NCBI GenBank assembly: GCA_964188305.1
Contig: OZ076885.1
DNA: 64,000 nt
Reading direction: 5' to 3' (one strand)
Source of the DNA: Podarcis bocagei
Taxonomy: Eukaryota
The position numbers and the translations under genes are program-made. Below, one piece after another: positions 23,011 to 35,647 of the stretch. Under the pieces are notes generated by a model. It was not told the origin of the DNA and ran no database searches. It saw nothing but the letters and a program-made list of their open reading frames with translations. Each line of letters opens with the position of its first letter. The stretch's first letter is position 1.

Positions 23011-23662
23011 AAAGAACAGAATTGTTGCACTCATTGCTGTATATTGGTTTCGAAAATGCTAAAAAGAATAATATCCTGGATGGGGATGTGTGTCTGAAGT
23101 GGGCCTTGCCTTAAAATGAATGAAACACAGAGCTGTGCTTCTTGGGCAATTACGGCAGTCGGAGACTAGTGACGCCCCATAAAAAAGCCACTGTGAACGA
23201 GATTACACCCAACAGAACCTACTGCAAAGAAAAAAGCTATTGCCAGTTCAGAGCAGTACTGTGTAACAAGCAGTTTTGTAGCATAATGCCTTAAATGGTG
23301 GTGCAATTCATCTCCAAATAGCTACTGCAAGGGTGGTGGGGACCGTAAGCTTTTTAGCATGAGCGGATCTAGGCTCTTCTTTTAGGAACATTAAGGTAAA
23401 GAGCTTTTCAGCTGTTCTTTCAGCCTCAAGATCACTGAAAGCAAACAAGAGTGGTGCTTTGCCCTACTGCTCCACTCCAGATCTTCTGTAACCTTCAGAC
23501 CACAAATACAACCCAAACAGGAAACTGGCGAGATACAGAGTGATACCAGCCTCCTGCCCCCCTGCATGTGTAGAGCCATTAATAAAGGGAAGAACACAGA
23601 AGACATAAAAACCTTCTCTTGATTTTTCTTTCTCTGGTGCAGGACTAGGCGGCTGGAGGGAA

Positions 23663-26600
23663 ATGAACTGGAAATTATATTACAGAGTCTCTGCAGGAAG
23701 GCATGTGCTTTGTGCTGAAAGTTTTCAGAAACCAATAGGTAAGTAACAGTCTAATACAGAAGAATATGAATGAACTGGAAGGGGCATATCAGATTTTGGA
23801 AGAGTTAGGAGAGCTAAGACCTGGAATGGAAAAGCTTACAGGTACTCAGGGAGATTGTTGGAATGTTTAGTATAAATAGGAAAGTTGAATATTGGAAGGA
23901 TTCTTACAGTGCATCAGACTGTTGGCTGAGTACTCTGACAGACAACTGCTCTCCAAGTTCTCAAGTGGACAGAGGCCTTGGCCCTGCTACCTGAGATAAC
24001 TAGAGATGCCGGGGACATTGTGCATGGAAAACATACAGTCTACCACTGAGCTAAGGTGTTTCCTCTATGAACCAATTTAGAGTAGGTAATTTTTTACATC
24101 TATCTGTCTGTAGAACACTTTTAGCCTGCAAAATGGTTTATAACTCTCACATCCTCCGAGGAGCCATGTGAAGGAAGTGCAGTAAAATGTAACCTCAGAC
24201 TTTTGCAGTGTATCCCCCTTTATCCCCTTTTGTTGCATAAAGTGTGAGTCTCCTTTGGAGCAAAACCCTGTTGCTTTGTCTATACAACTGCATGAGGAGA
24301 TACTTAATAATAATTTATGTTCTTTGGCAAATACTAGTCATATAGTCAGTGTGGTGTAGTGGTTAAGAGCGGTAGTCTCGTAATCTGGTGAACTGGGTTC
24401 GATTCCCCGCTCCTCCGCATGCAGCTGCTGGGTGACCTTGGGCTAGTCCCACTTCTCTGAAGTCTCTCAGCCCCACTCACCTGACAGGGTGTTTGTTGTG
24501 GGGGAGGAAGGGAAAGGAGAATGTTAGCCGCTTTGAGACTCCTTCGGGTAGTGATAAAGCGGGATATAAAATCCAAAACTCTAACTCTAAACTCTCATAT
24601 ATAATACAAGGCTGGGGAACCTTTCCCATTCTCCAGGGCTCCATTTGCGGAGGGAGGAGTAGTCAAGGCTATACACCTGTAGTGTTTGGGTCCAAGGCCA
24701 AAAGAAGGCAGGGTCAAAGCATACATAGACACTCACATCCCATTCACAAACCTACATACAGTGGTACCTTGGTTTACGAACTTAATCCGTTCCGGAAGTC
24801 CATTCTGAAACCGAGGCGTGCTTTCCCTATTGAGGCCTCCCACTGTCAGTGCCTTTCCACCATTCGGATTCCGTTCTTAGACCGAGGTAATGTTCACAAA
24901 CCGCGACACTACTTCCAGTTTTGTGGAGTTCATAAGCCGAATCGTTCATAAACAGGACTGTTCTTAAACCGAGGTACCACTGTACATAACACGTGCACAT
25001 ATACATGCTGTATCAAGCCGCCTGTGTAGTGCCCTCTCTTCAGCAGACAGGTTGGTAAGTGATCAGGAAGCATCAGAGTCATAGTTCAACAACCTCTGAA
25101 GAGTGCCACATTCTGCTTGAAGAAGAAGAAGAAGAAGAAGAAGAGTTTGGATTTGATATCCCGCCTTTCACTCCCTTTAAGGAGTCTCAAAGCGGCTAAC
25201 ATTCTCCTTTCCCTTTCTCTCCCACAACAAACACTCTGTGAGGTGAGTGGGGCTGAGAGACTTCACAGAAGTGTGACTGGCCCAAGGTCACCCAGCAGCT
25301 GCATGTGGAGGAGCGGAGACGCGAACCCGGTTCACCAGATTACGAGACTACCACTCTTAACCACTACACCACACTGGCTTGCATGGCTTCTGTGCTACAT
25401 GCTGAGAAAGGGACTCCCTTTCTCCATGCTTAGCCCAGGAACTGCCAATGGGGGAAGAAAGTAATCTCTTCCTTCAGAAGCAGCTCAGTTAACTTTTGAG
25501 CTGCACAGTGTGAAAGGGACTCCTTTTCTCACTGTCCAGGATAAAAATGCACCACACTGCCCATGAAGGAAGAACTGCTCAGCTCAGCTCATGGGCAGCT
25601 CAGCAGCAGGACTCAGCCACGTTCCCTCTTCCCCACTACTGAGCAGTAATTTTCAGTAAGCTGAGCAGCACAGGGCAGTGGGAGGTTTTCCTCCCCTCAC
25701 TATGATCTGTTCTCCCCGGGCTACTTCACGGGTTGAATATTACAGCTCAGCAGTGGGGGCGAGGGTGGGGGGGAAGGGGGCTAAGTACAGTGGTGCCTCG
25801 CAAGACGAAAAGAATCCGTTCTGTGATTCTCTTCGTCTAGCGGTTTTTTCGTCTTGCGAAGCAAGCCATTGACGGATTAGCAGATTAGCACTATTAGTGG
25901 CTTTTAGCGGCTTATCTGCTGATCAGATCAGCTGATAAGCAGCTTAGCGGCTTAGAAAAAGGGGGGGAGGGAAAAAAACCAGCAGGAACTCGCAAGACAT
26001 TGTCGTCTTGCGAAGGAAGCCCATAGGAAATTCGTTTTGCGAAGCACCTCCAAAACGGAAAATTCTTTCGTCTAGCAAGTTTTCCGTCTTGCGAGGCATT
26101 CGTCTTGCGGGGCACCACTGTAGATGGATCTGGATCTGGGAAAAGACTGGCAAGCTAAAGGGGCGATCCTGTGGGCCACACCTAGATTATGAAGTGAAGA
26201 TTCCCTACCTCAAAATAAATGTTTAATTAACTAAATTAGGGTTAATCCTATTGCTCCCACTTTACTTGTGAGCAAGCCTCATTAAATTTAATAGGACTTC
26301 TTAGTAGACATCGTTGGGATTGCACTGTTAAATGGGTTTACTATTCCTCAGTGAAATTTTATATAACCAACTATTACAAGCCCTGCATTTGAAAATGGTT
26401 GTTATGTTTTATAGGATGGAGGAATTGCTGGATATGTTCCCAGCAACATTATTATGGGAATTTTTCTGGTTCTATGGCCTGCAGAAAACTGCTCCTAACT
26501 TCACTGAAACCCACCTTCGTCTTTCCAAATGGAAATCTTTTCTTTCAAAGAACTCCAGAAAGCAGAATAGAAAAGATTGCAAGTACCTATGGCGTGAGGT

Positions 26601-29600
26601 ATGATATCCTTTCTCCTGCTCATTTTGACTTTGAATTCTTCCACCTTCCTTCACAAAACGTGCTTGAGACACTTGTATTTATTTGTGTTTCTCTACCTTA
26701 TCCCATAAGAATATAAGAATCTCCTTGACTTAAAGTGCGCTCCTGGTTCTTCCTTTGCAGCTGTGGCTTCAGTTATTTTAGAATTCAAGCAAAGGAAGTG
26801 TTGAGAGCGCACTTTAAGTCACATGACACCAGACACAGGACGAGTAAAGCCACATTGTTAAAAACAATGCCAATTCACTGCTAATATGAACTGAGGGAGT
26901 TTTCTCCCAGTAATCTCGTTCTGGTGAATGGCATTCGAATGTGTTTCTTTGTAACCCGTTGCATATGTTGCTGGCAGGCCCTTTTCATTATCCACTGCTC
27001 TAATGGTATTCTTTGGAGGTGGCAGAGGAAGAAATGATGGTCAAAAGGAGCAGCTCACCCTGAAGGATGTGGCAGAACTAATTCAGAAGAAAGAATGCAA
27101 GAGAGTCGTGGTGATGACTGGAGCAGGGCTCAGCACTCCTAGTGGTATCCCCGATTTCAGGTAACACTCAAACTGCTGTCAAGGCCTTGCTCTCTGGACT
27201 GTACAGACATTTCCCCTACTCTGTAAAGTCTCCACCTTGCGGAAACTCTTCAGCAGCCACCACACTGTCCAGTCATAGATGGAGCAGCTTCAAGAAGCAG
27301 GGCACAGGCAGTAAGAGTGAACCAGGCTCTTTTTTTGGAATTGAATGAAGAGGCTGGTACTGTAGGTGTAACTTTTTTTCCTATCCCAACATTGCGCCAA
27401 ACAAGGTTCATTAATGGTATAGTCCCTTAATGCTACATAAGTGCCATCTGGTTTTATGCTACATGGAGGATGCCACAATAGGTCCTTTAACTATTTAATT
27501 TGATTTTCGTGCATCCAAAATTTCCCCTTTTGTGGATTTCAACCTATGTTCAAAAACAGATAGCAACAGAATCCAGAGCAAATACACCAGGTGTTGTGCA
27601 TGAAGTGACAGACCCGCATTTGTGAACAGAATGCTATTTCACCAGTCACGCACCTCCCCCTCCTTCATATGGCTTGTCAGCTGCCTTTATTTAATTTTTG
27701 AAAGCATTTTGTGAACACTTATGCCTATAACCATTCAGCCATTGCCTTATTTTTTAAAAAAGAAACTTTTAACAGTTTTCTTTTCAAAAAATAAGGCGGT
27801 AAAGTGAAAAACCACTATTGGGGATTAGAGAGGTATGTTTTGGGTGGCTTTATGCAGTGCCAGCCAGTGTCCTGCGCAATCATCTTCTGCTTTGAACTTT
27901 CAGCACATTTCTTTTTTCAGAGAAGGAAGGCATGTTTAATCTGAGTATTTATGTAAAGATCTTTGGTCTCAGGGAAGTGTCACATTTTGCTGTAGTTCTC
28001 ATTTGCTTGTTTGATCCTGCTATGCTGATAAAGAGTGAAACAATATGCTACTATATCAAATCAAAACACCCTTACCCTGTTTGAAGTTCTCTTACCAGGC
28101 ATGCTATCAGCTACCCTCCTTCTCATTTTCTGGTATCATTGTCACAGGGTCTCCTCCCATCTTAAAAGCGCCATTGCTTCTTGAGAGAGGCCTCCACTGC
28201 TGAATTCTCCTTCCTGTTCACCATAAGCTGTTCACATATCAACTGATAGGCCACTTTGGTGGTATGTCTTCTTGACAAACTTGTGATAAAATATTCCTAA
28301 ACTGTGTTTCCTCATATGTGAATTTACTTCGATTAGGAGTATACCAGCACATGAAAAACCTTTGCAATGGCTTGGTTTCCTGGCATGTTCTGTAGTTTTC
28401 TTCCCCTCTTGTCTCCACAGGTCCCCTGGGAGTGGCCTCTACAGTAATCTCCAGCAGTATAATATTCCTTATCCAGAAGCCATATTTGAGCTTAATTACT
28501 TTTTCCACAATCCTAAGCCTTTCTTTACATTGGCCAAGGAGTTATACCCTGGCAATTACAGGCCCAACTATGCTCATTACTTTCTCCGACTTCTACTTGA
28601 CAAAGGGCTCCTTCTGCGTCTGTACACACAGAACATTGATGGGCTGGAGAGAGGTACGTCTCCCCATCCCCTCAATTTGGACCTAAGAAATAAAAATCTA
28701 GGCTAATGTTAGAGATACTGCAGCAAACCTTTGGATGGCAGGGAGAGTATTCTCCACTTCCTTTGCGTTGATGGAACGTTTGGGCCGAATTGACCTTAAC
28801 TCTGAGTTTTGTGTTCTAGTTGCTGGGATTCCTCCAGATAAACTAGTTGAGGCTCATGGTACATTTGCTTCTGCTACATGCACTGTCTGTCGAAGGTCAT
28901 ACCCTGGTGAAGACTTCAGGGTAAGTGACAGCACAGCAGATACACCACTCCAGGAATATCAAGCATACTCCAAAGGGTGCTGGTTATGTTTGGCTTAGGG
29001 ACCAAGAATCTTGTTTTGCGGGGTTCACAGGTTTGCTTTTACTTTCATTAATGCTTGGGGTGTTCAGTTAATAGTACCAATGGAAAGTGTCCCTTGTAAT
29101 TTCAAGTGATGTAATGTGTGGCTTATACTGCCTGATTGTGGACTTATATCCTGCTTTCTGTGTTATCATTATAGGAGGATGTGATGGCTGACAAGATCCC
29201 CAAGTGCCCTGTGTGTACTGGAATGATCAAACCTGACATTGTTTTTTTTGGAGAGGAGCTCCCTCATCGGTTCTTCTTGCACGTGACAGATTTTCCTATG
29301 GCAGACCTGCTCTTTGTCATCGGAACCTCCCTTGAGGTCTGCGCTATCATGAACATGGGAAGAGAATGAAAGCTGGGGTATTGAGACAGAGTGGTTCGGG
29401 GACTCTGGAAAGCAATGCGGATCCAAAGGGAAAGCGAGGGTAGCAATTCAGGGATCAACAAAGTCGAGTGCATCTTGGGAAATGTGTAAGAAGGATTTAT
29501 AAATAGCTCGGGAAGCATAGATTGCCAAAATCGAAGAAATGATTTTGTGTAACTAGTGATGTAGGGAGAGGCAGAATCAGAGTTGTTGTCTCTCAGTGGC

Positions 29601-31951
29601 AGAGCAGAAGTAAATGTGCCTTAAGCATAGACATATGACAAGACAGTCTTCACTAAATATTGTTGTGTATAAAGTCAGGAATATTGGAAATGCAAGCAGT
29701 TTTTCCTCTTTGACATTATCCCAGCACACACAATAGAAATCTTAACATGCACATTGCCTCCATCAGCAACTGTGTTAGCAGGGGAAAGGGAGAGCAATAT
29801 GGACTCAAATCACCTGTACTGTAGGGATCAATGATGAATCAGTACACCCCATTTCCTAAATAAGAAGCATGTAGATTTCCTTAGCTGCTGTTCAAATGTT
29901 CTGCATTAATTGAGGGTGAATAGCTGGTACAGTGTATGGCCAAGGGCAGGGGTCAGCAAACTTTTTCAGCAGGGGGCCGGTCCACTGTCCCCCAGACCTT
30001 GTAGGGGGCTGGACTGTGTGGTTTTTTTTGGGGGGGGGGAATGAACAAATTCCTATGCCTCACAAATAACCCAGAGATGCATTTTAAATAAAAGGACACA
30101 TTCTACTCATGTAAAAACACCAGGCAGGGCCCACAAATAACCCAGAGATGCATTTTAAATAAAAGCGCACATTCTACTCATGTAAAAACATGCTGATTCC
30201 CTGACCGCCTGCGGGCCGGATTTAGAAGGCAATTGTGCCGAATCCGGCCCCCGGGTCTTAGTTTGCCTACCCATGGCCAAGGGTATGCACCCTGAAATAG
30301 GAAGGCTTTGGTTCAAATATTAGATTAGATACAAACTCACTGGATGGCCGTGAGCAAGTCATTTTCTTATAAGCCTCAGCTATACTCTTTCACTTAGGAA
30401 TAATATTGCTAACCTACCTACCTGACTTGTTGAAAGGATAACCTGAAATAATCTTAAGTTTGAATTGCTTTGAGTGGGCATTTAGCAGAACCACTGTCCA
30501 ATAGGTAATATATTTCCTTTTTGTTAGCAGGTTCTCATTTACACTACCATATAGCCCTCTTCATTAACCAGTATTTGGGTGCTTTATTACAGTTGTTCGA
30601 TAGATCAATAGATCTCAAGGTGTTATGAATTTCTTTTGAGCTGTGACTTTCACTTTGGAGCAGAATATGCAGCCTTTTCCTTTTGGTGTTTGGATTTTAG
30701 GTGGAGCCATTTGCCAGTCTAGTTTATGCAATTCGTAGCTCTGTTCCACGTGTACTGATCAATCGGGAATTGGTGGGACCATTCGCTCATCAGCCACAGC
30801 ACAGTGACGTGGCTGAACTGGGAGACGTCATCATTGGAGTAGAAAAAGTAGTGGAACTGTTGGGCTGGAAGGAGGAGTTGCAAGAATTAATGAAGAAGGA
30901 AAAAGAAAAGGTATGAAAGTTCGAGTTGAAAGGCTTTTATTCTCTAACCCCATTTCATTTGCAGAATCTCTCATGAGTACAAACATTGCAGGAGTTCTGA
31001 AAACAGCAGTTAATCACCTGTCTTGACATAATATGACCTGTACAAGATGGGGGGTATCTGGCATACCAGTAGTACATGTGAAAAGGTTCTAGACCACAAG
31101 TTTAACATGAATCAACAGTGTGATACAGCAGCAAAAAACTAATGCTATTCTAGGCTGCATTAACAGAAGAATGATGTACAGATCAAGGGAAGCAATGATA
31201 TCACTCTATTCTGTCTTGGTCAGACCACACTTGGGCACTGTGTCCAGTTCTGGGTGCCACAATTTAAAAAGGATATTGACAAGCTGGAACATGTGCAGAG
31301 AAGGGTGACCAAGATGATCAAGGGTCTGGAGACCAAACCTCATGAGGAATGGTTGAGGGAGATTTTTTCTCCTGCTCTGGAGGGTAGGACCCAAACAAAA
31401 GGTTTCAAGTTACATGAAAGGAGATTCTTAGTAAACATCAGGAAGACCTTTTTAACTGCAAGAGCTGTTTGACAGTGGAAGGGGCTCCCTCGGAAGGCGG
31501 TGGACTCTCCTTCATTGGAGGCTTTTAAGCAGAGGTTGGATGGCCATCTGTCATGAATTTCAAGGGATTGTACTATTTGATTATGATTAAATTTGTATAC
31601 CACCCTTCATTCGAAGATCTCGGGGAGGTAAACAGCATAAAAATACAAAATATGAACAAATCAAATGAATGCCCCCCAAAAAACAATGGACTAGATGAGT
31701 CCCTTCCAACTCTATAGTTCTGTGATTCTGCGACGATAGAATTAATGACATTTTCCTATGTATTTGTTGTATTCTTACAACTCAACAGTGATATGCTTTC
31801 ATTTAACTGTAAACGAATCATTTCCTTCTCTGTGTTGTTGCTTTTGCACTTTAGTCAGTATCAGCTGTTGAACGGATGGACTTTGGAACAAGCAAGCTTC
31901 ATAGACAAATAATGTTCTTTCTATTTTTAGCTGGATGCAAAAGACAAATAG
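23663..31951 (+). CDS. SIRT3: NAD-dependent protein deacetylase sirtuin-3, mitochondrial (about 389 aa)
   Basis: Coding exons 23663-23738 and 26415-26598 (N-terminal, inferred from splice signals and phase), then 26978-27160, 28421-28653, 28820-28920, 29175-29336, 30701-30910 and 31931-31951. Motifs [62 protein letters not shown] and the terminal LDAKDK*. AATAAA at 32667-32672. Confidence 0.93.
24344..24595 (+). mobile_element. tRNA-derived squamate SINE (Squam3-like, tentative name)
   Basis: A-box tggtgtagtgg, B-box ggttcgattcc, about 250 bp with a simple-repeat tail. Near-identical inverted copy at 25119-25379. Confidence 0.8.
24759..24982. mobile_element. Tc1/mariner MITE
   Basis: TA-CAGTGGTACCTTGGTTTA...TAAACCGAGGTACCACTG-TA. 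Confidence 0.8.
25119..25379 (-). mobile_element. tRNA-derived squamate SINE with (CTT)n tail
   Basis: Reverse complement of 24344-24595; the tail appears as (GAA)n on the + strand. Confidence 0.8.
25788..26120 (-). mobile_element. Tc1/mariner MITE, CAGTGGTGCC..GCAAGACGAA subfamily
   Basis: TA-CAGTGGTGCCTCGCAAGACGAA...TTCGTCTTGCGGGGCACCACTG-TA. Termini match 40263-41156 in the opposite orientation. Confidence 0.85.
29947..30275. mobile_element. Non-autonomous hAT element
   Basis: TIRs CAGGGGTCAGCAAAC / GTTTGCCTACCCATG, perfect 8-bp TSD GCCAAGGG (29939-29946 and 30276-30283), and an internal tandem duplication of about 70 bp. Confidence 0.85.
31035..31730 (+). mobile_element. CR1 LINE 3' fragment (degraded ORF2 end plus tail)
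   Basis: [11 protein letters not shown]...[10 protein letters not shown]...[25 protein letters not shown], ending in tcccttccaactctatagttctgtgattct. Confidence 0.85.
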
Positions 31952-33439
31952 GAAATCTGACCCCTGCTGTTGGAAATGATGTTTACCTCCTAAAGGACTG
32001 TTCGCTGCAGCCAAAGGTTACAGCAATAAGAGCAGAGAACTGGAGGAAAATATGCTCTCCATTGTGCTAGCACCCAGTAGGTTAGAAAAACTAAAAATCA
32101 TTCAGAGAGTCTAGTTGCACATGGATGTCCTCTGAAGGATCTTGGGAGATGATGATCAAATGGCAGGTTGTGAATTTGCTTTTGCATAAGAGGCTCTAGA
32201 TACCAGAGTGGAAGATGAAGATGTACATTATAGCTGCTACTTCCCATTAAACTTCACCTCTTAAGCTGTTTCTCCAAACAAACTCTTCAAATGTTTTCTA
32301 AACCATCACAGATCTTGTGGTGTTGCACTACTAGCCTTAGCTGCAATAGCATTCATCACAGTTATGCTGAATCTGACATTGTACCAACTTGTGAAAGAAT
32401 TTGGATTAGGCCAGCTTTCATAACTAAGCTTAGAAGTTTGACTGTTCAGTCAGTGTGTCTTCTGCTGTAGCTTCTGTGAAGATCAATCTGAAAGCTGCTA
32501 TTCTAAAATAATTTGATGTATTAATATGCAGTGTATCATTTATGTAACATGAAAAGATAAGGGGTGTGTAACTACAATTCTAGCAAGAAATGACAACAAT
32601 GAAAAGTGTAGTGAAGCTGCTGTTTGAACTTGAATGAACACTTATTGAGTGGCAATAATTAGTCAAAATAAAAGCATGTTTCAGCAGTCTCTCAATATTC
32701 TGTCTGCAGATTTCTCAGTATTTAAATTCTAAACTTGTATTTTCTGTCCTTTAATTCATTTAATGGGGAAAAAAGTATTGTGGGCATCATTCACATAATT
32801 GTCTGACATTTTTCTGGGTGTTATTCAGCATCTTTGAATGACAGGCTTTTATCTGTTTAAAAGAGATGCTGGGCTTCTGGGTTTCTTCTTTCAATATGTA
32901 ATTGTTGACAAAGAGATGAAAGGAAGCTCGGGGTGGTTAGAACAGTGTTATTTGTAGTATTACCCTGAATTAACATTGAAATTGTGGAACCTATTAAATC
33001 TAGTACTGCTACTTTATGAACTTTAAATCACCATGAAGATGCAAACACCACTTTGTACATGTCAAGTGTGTGTAGCTTAATATTAACTTTGTGGTTGTGC
33101 CATCCAATAACCATGTAAGCCAAGGATTACCCTTTGCTTTTAGGAATTGTGACTAGTTTGCTCCCCCAGTTTGAAGAACTCTACTTATTTCTCTCCAATT
33201 ACAATCAACCTCAGAGGCTGGATCCCCCGCCCCCAAGCTCTATTTTCGGCAAGGCCGTTTTTGCAAAGAGCTTCTGATAATTTGAATGTGCTAACAGATT
33301 TGTTTATATGAATGTGTGATTCAAATATTGGATTGGAAAGCTCTTGAATTTAGGATAAGCCATTCAAATGAGACATTTGAATCACCAACCCTTCTGAAGT
33401 GTGTGTGTGTGTGTGTTTGTTTGCTATATACTGTCACCT

Positions 33440-33900
33440 CTTACTTCCCTTTTCGCCAAACTAAAAATGCTGCAACATTTCCTTACATGCGAGTACCTCC
33501 ATCATATTGGTTGCCTTTTTCTAAACCTTTTCCAACTCTACAATATTGTTTTTGAGGTGAGGCAACCAGAACAGTACAGTACACAGTATTTCAAATGTTG
33601 TTGCACCCAAGATTTGTATAACAGCAGTTTTATTTTCAGCTCCTTTCCTAATGCTCCTTAACATGGAATTTGCCTTTTTCACAGCTGTAGCACAGTGGAG
33701 CAGCATCTTCCATGGAGCCATACACTACAACACCAAGGCGTTCCTGGTCACTGTCAGTTTAGAACCCATGAGCATACACATGAAGTTAATTTGACTTTTT
33801 GGTCCTGATATACATCATTTTACACTTGCTTCCACTGAATTGCTTTTGCCCTTTCATTCAATTTGGAGAGTCGTTTTGGAGTTCTTCATAAGCTTTGTTT
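33440..33900 (-). mobile_element. CR1 LINE fragment
   Basis: Minus strand encodes CATAVKKANSML...FWLPHLKNNIVELEKV, a CR1 ORF2 C-terminal remnant. Confidence 0.75.
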
Positions 33901-35647
33901 TAATGACCCCAAACAATTTTATTTTAATGACAAGGAAGACAAAAGGAATATCAATGGCCATAAGGCATGATGGCTACATGAACAACAGGGGAAGGCTTGG
34001 TTGTGGGCTTCCTGCAAGTGCCTGATGATCACTCTGGGAAACAGGATACTAGACAGACCTTTGGTCTGATGTGCAGACCTTCAATTAGTTTCATTGTGTT
34101 GAAACACAAGTGATTAATAACCTTTTAACTATATATTAGGAGGATGGGGTATGCAGAAGAGTCATAATTATACTCAGTGTTAGTTTGTGGAGATAACCCA
34201 AAGTTTCCAACATTTTCAAACAGTACAGCTAGAATCAGAGGCAGCTGGAAGATCATCCAGTCCGATGCAATGGGCGGGGTACTCCACATATGTGTTCACT
34301 ACAGACTGACTGATAGACACCAATGGCCTCAGTGAGGTTTAGTTTGTTGAAAGCACAGAAAGTTCCACCGCTCACCCACATGGCATTGTTCTTGAGTACA
34401 ACACTGCTATAACTGTACTCCTCCCAGTTTGGCTGCAGTTACATTGCCAAGAAATGTAATTTCTAATTGCTCAGATACAATCACCCAAATAATCAACAGA
34501 TGCACGCATATTGTTATCTGAAGGCTTCATTTATTCTAGTGAAAATCTTTATATTTGTGCTAAGTTCAGAAACTGTTGGCAAAGTTGGAAACAAAGTAGG
34601 AGATGGGGGCTGCTTTTTTAAAACAGAAAAGCTTATGATCAGGATGAAGGTACATAACAGGGTGAATGCAGAGTGCTGTGGATAGAGGGGAACTGAAGCA
34701 GATTTAGAGTGCGGTTAAGCAATTGGTCACCGCCTTTTGTCTGAAGAGCACAGAGAGTGAGAGTAGTCCAGAAACTAAACAAGGCAGAAAGAGGAACATG
34801 GTGTCAAGGTTATAGTGGGGATTAGAGGCCTCCTGGCCCCAAATTATCAGCAAACGCAAACATTAACGTTGCTGTGAGCAAAGGATATCTCAAGAGGTTT
34901 GCACATTATCTCAGATAATGGACACATACTGCACATATACATACTATTTCAACAATGCACGTTTCCTTACCTGCATGTTTCCATACACATGTAATGTGTC
35001 TTAAAGGAACTGCCTAAAAATGTGACTGATTGCCACACACATTGCACTTATATGCCTCCAGGAGTATGCTTTCTTGCATTTCACATGTAAAAAAAAAATG
35101 CAGGCTTCTCATTGTTCACACATTTCTATAATATGCCCCAGTCGTGTATGCAAATAGACATTTACATTTGCCAAGAATATCGTGTGTTCTAACCACCACC
35201 ACGCTGTATGGTTGCTGCATTATGTGCATTGCACAAGTATCAATGCACGCACACACACACACACATATATATCACCTGTGTGTATCACATTTTAGTCCCA
35301 TATAAGTAACTCTGCAGTGCACTCACAGCACCCTTAAGTGCTACTAAACCTTGATATAATAAGAGATTGCCCTTCCCTCCATGAAATTTCTGCTCAAAAA
35401 TCCTTGGAATCGGAGTGTGATAATCTTGTGGACACAGAGGGAAAACAGATCAAAAGAGCTAAGCTGTAAAGAGCTCTCTAAGGTAGGAGTGTTATAGAGC
35501 TAGAGAAGAAACAGATGTTATACCACTCTGGGCGGTGGAGATCCATCCCACGGGAAGTCCTTTCTTAGGACTGGTCTCCTGATACAGCACCTGTTACAGA
35601 GAGAGAATAGAGGGTCCATAGGTTTTTGAGGAACAGGAAATGTTTTT

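Noticed and set aside
27114-27140. SIRT3 GAGLST instead of GAGIST as loss of function
   Set aside because: Conservative I-to-L change; the catalytic His, Zn cysteines and NAD-binding motifs are intact.
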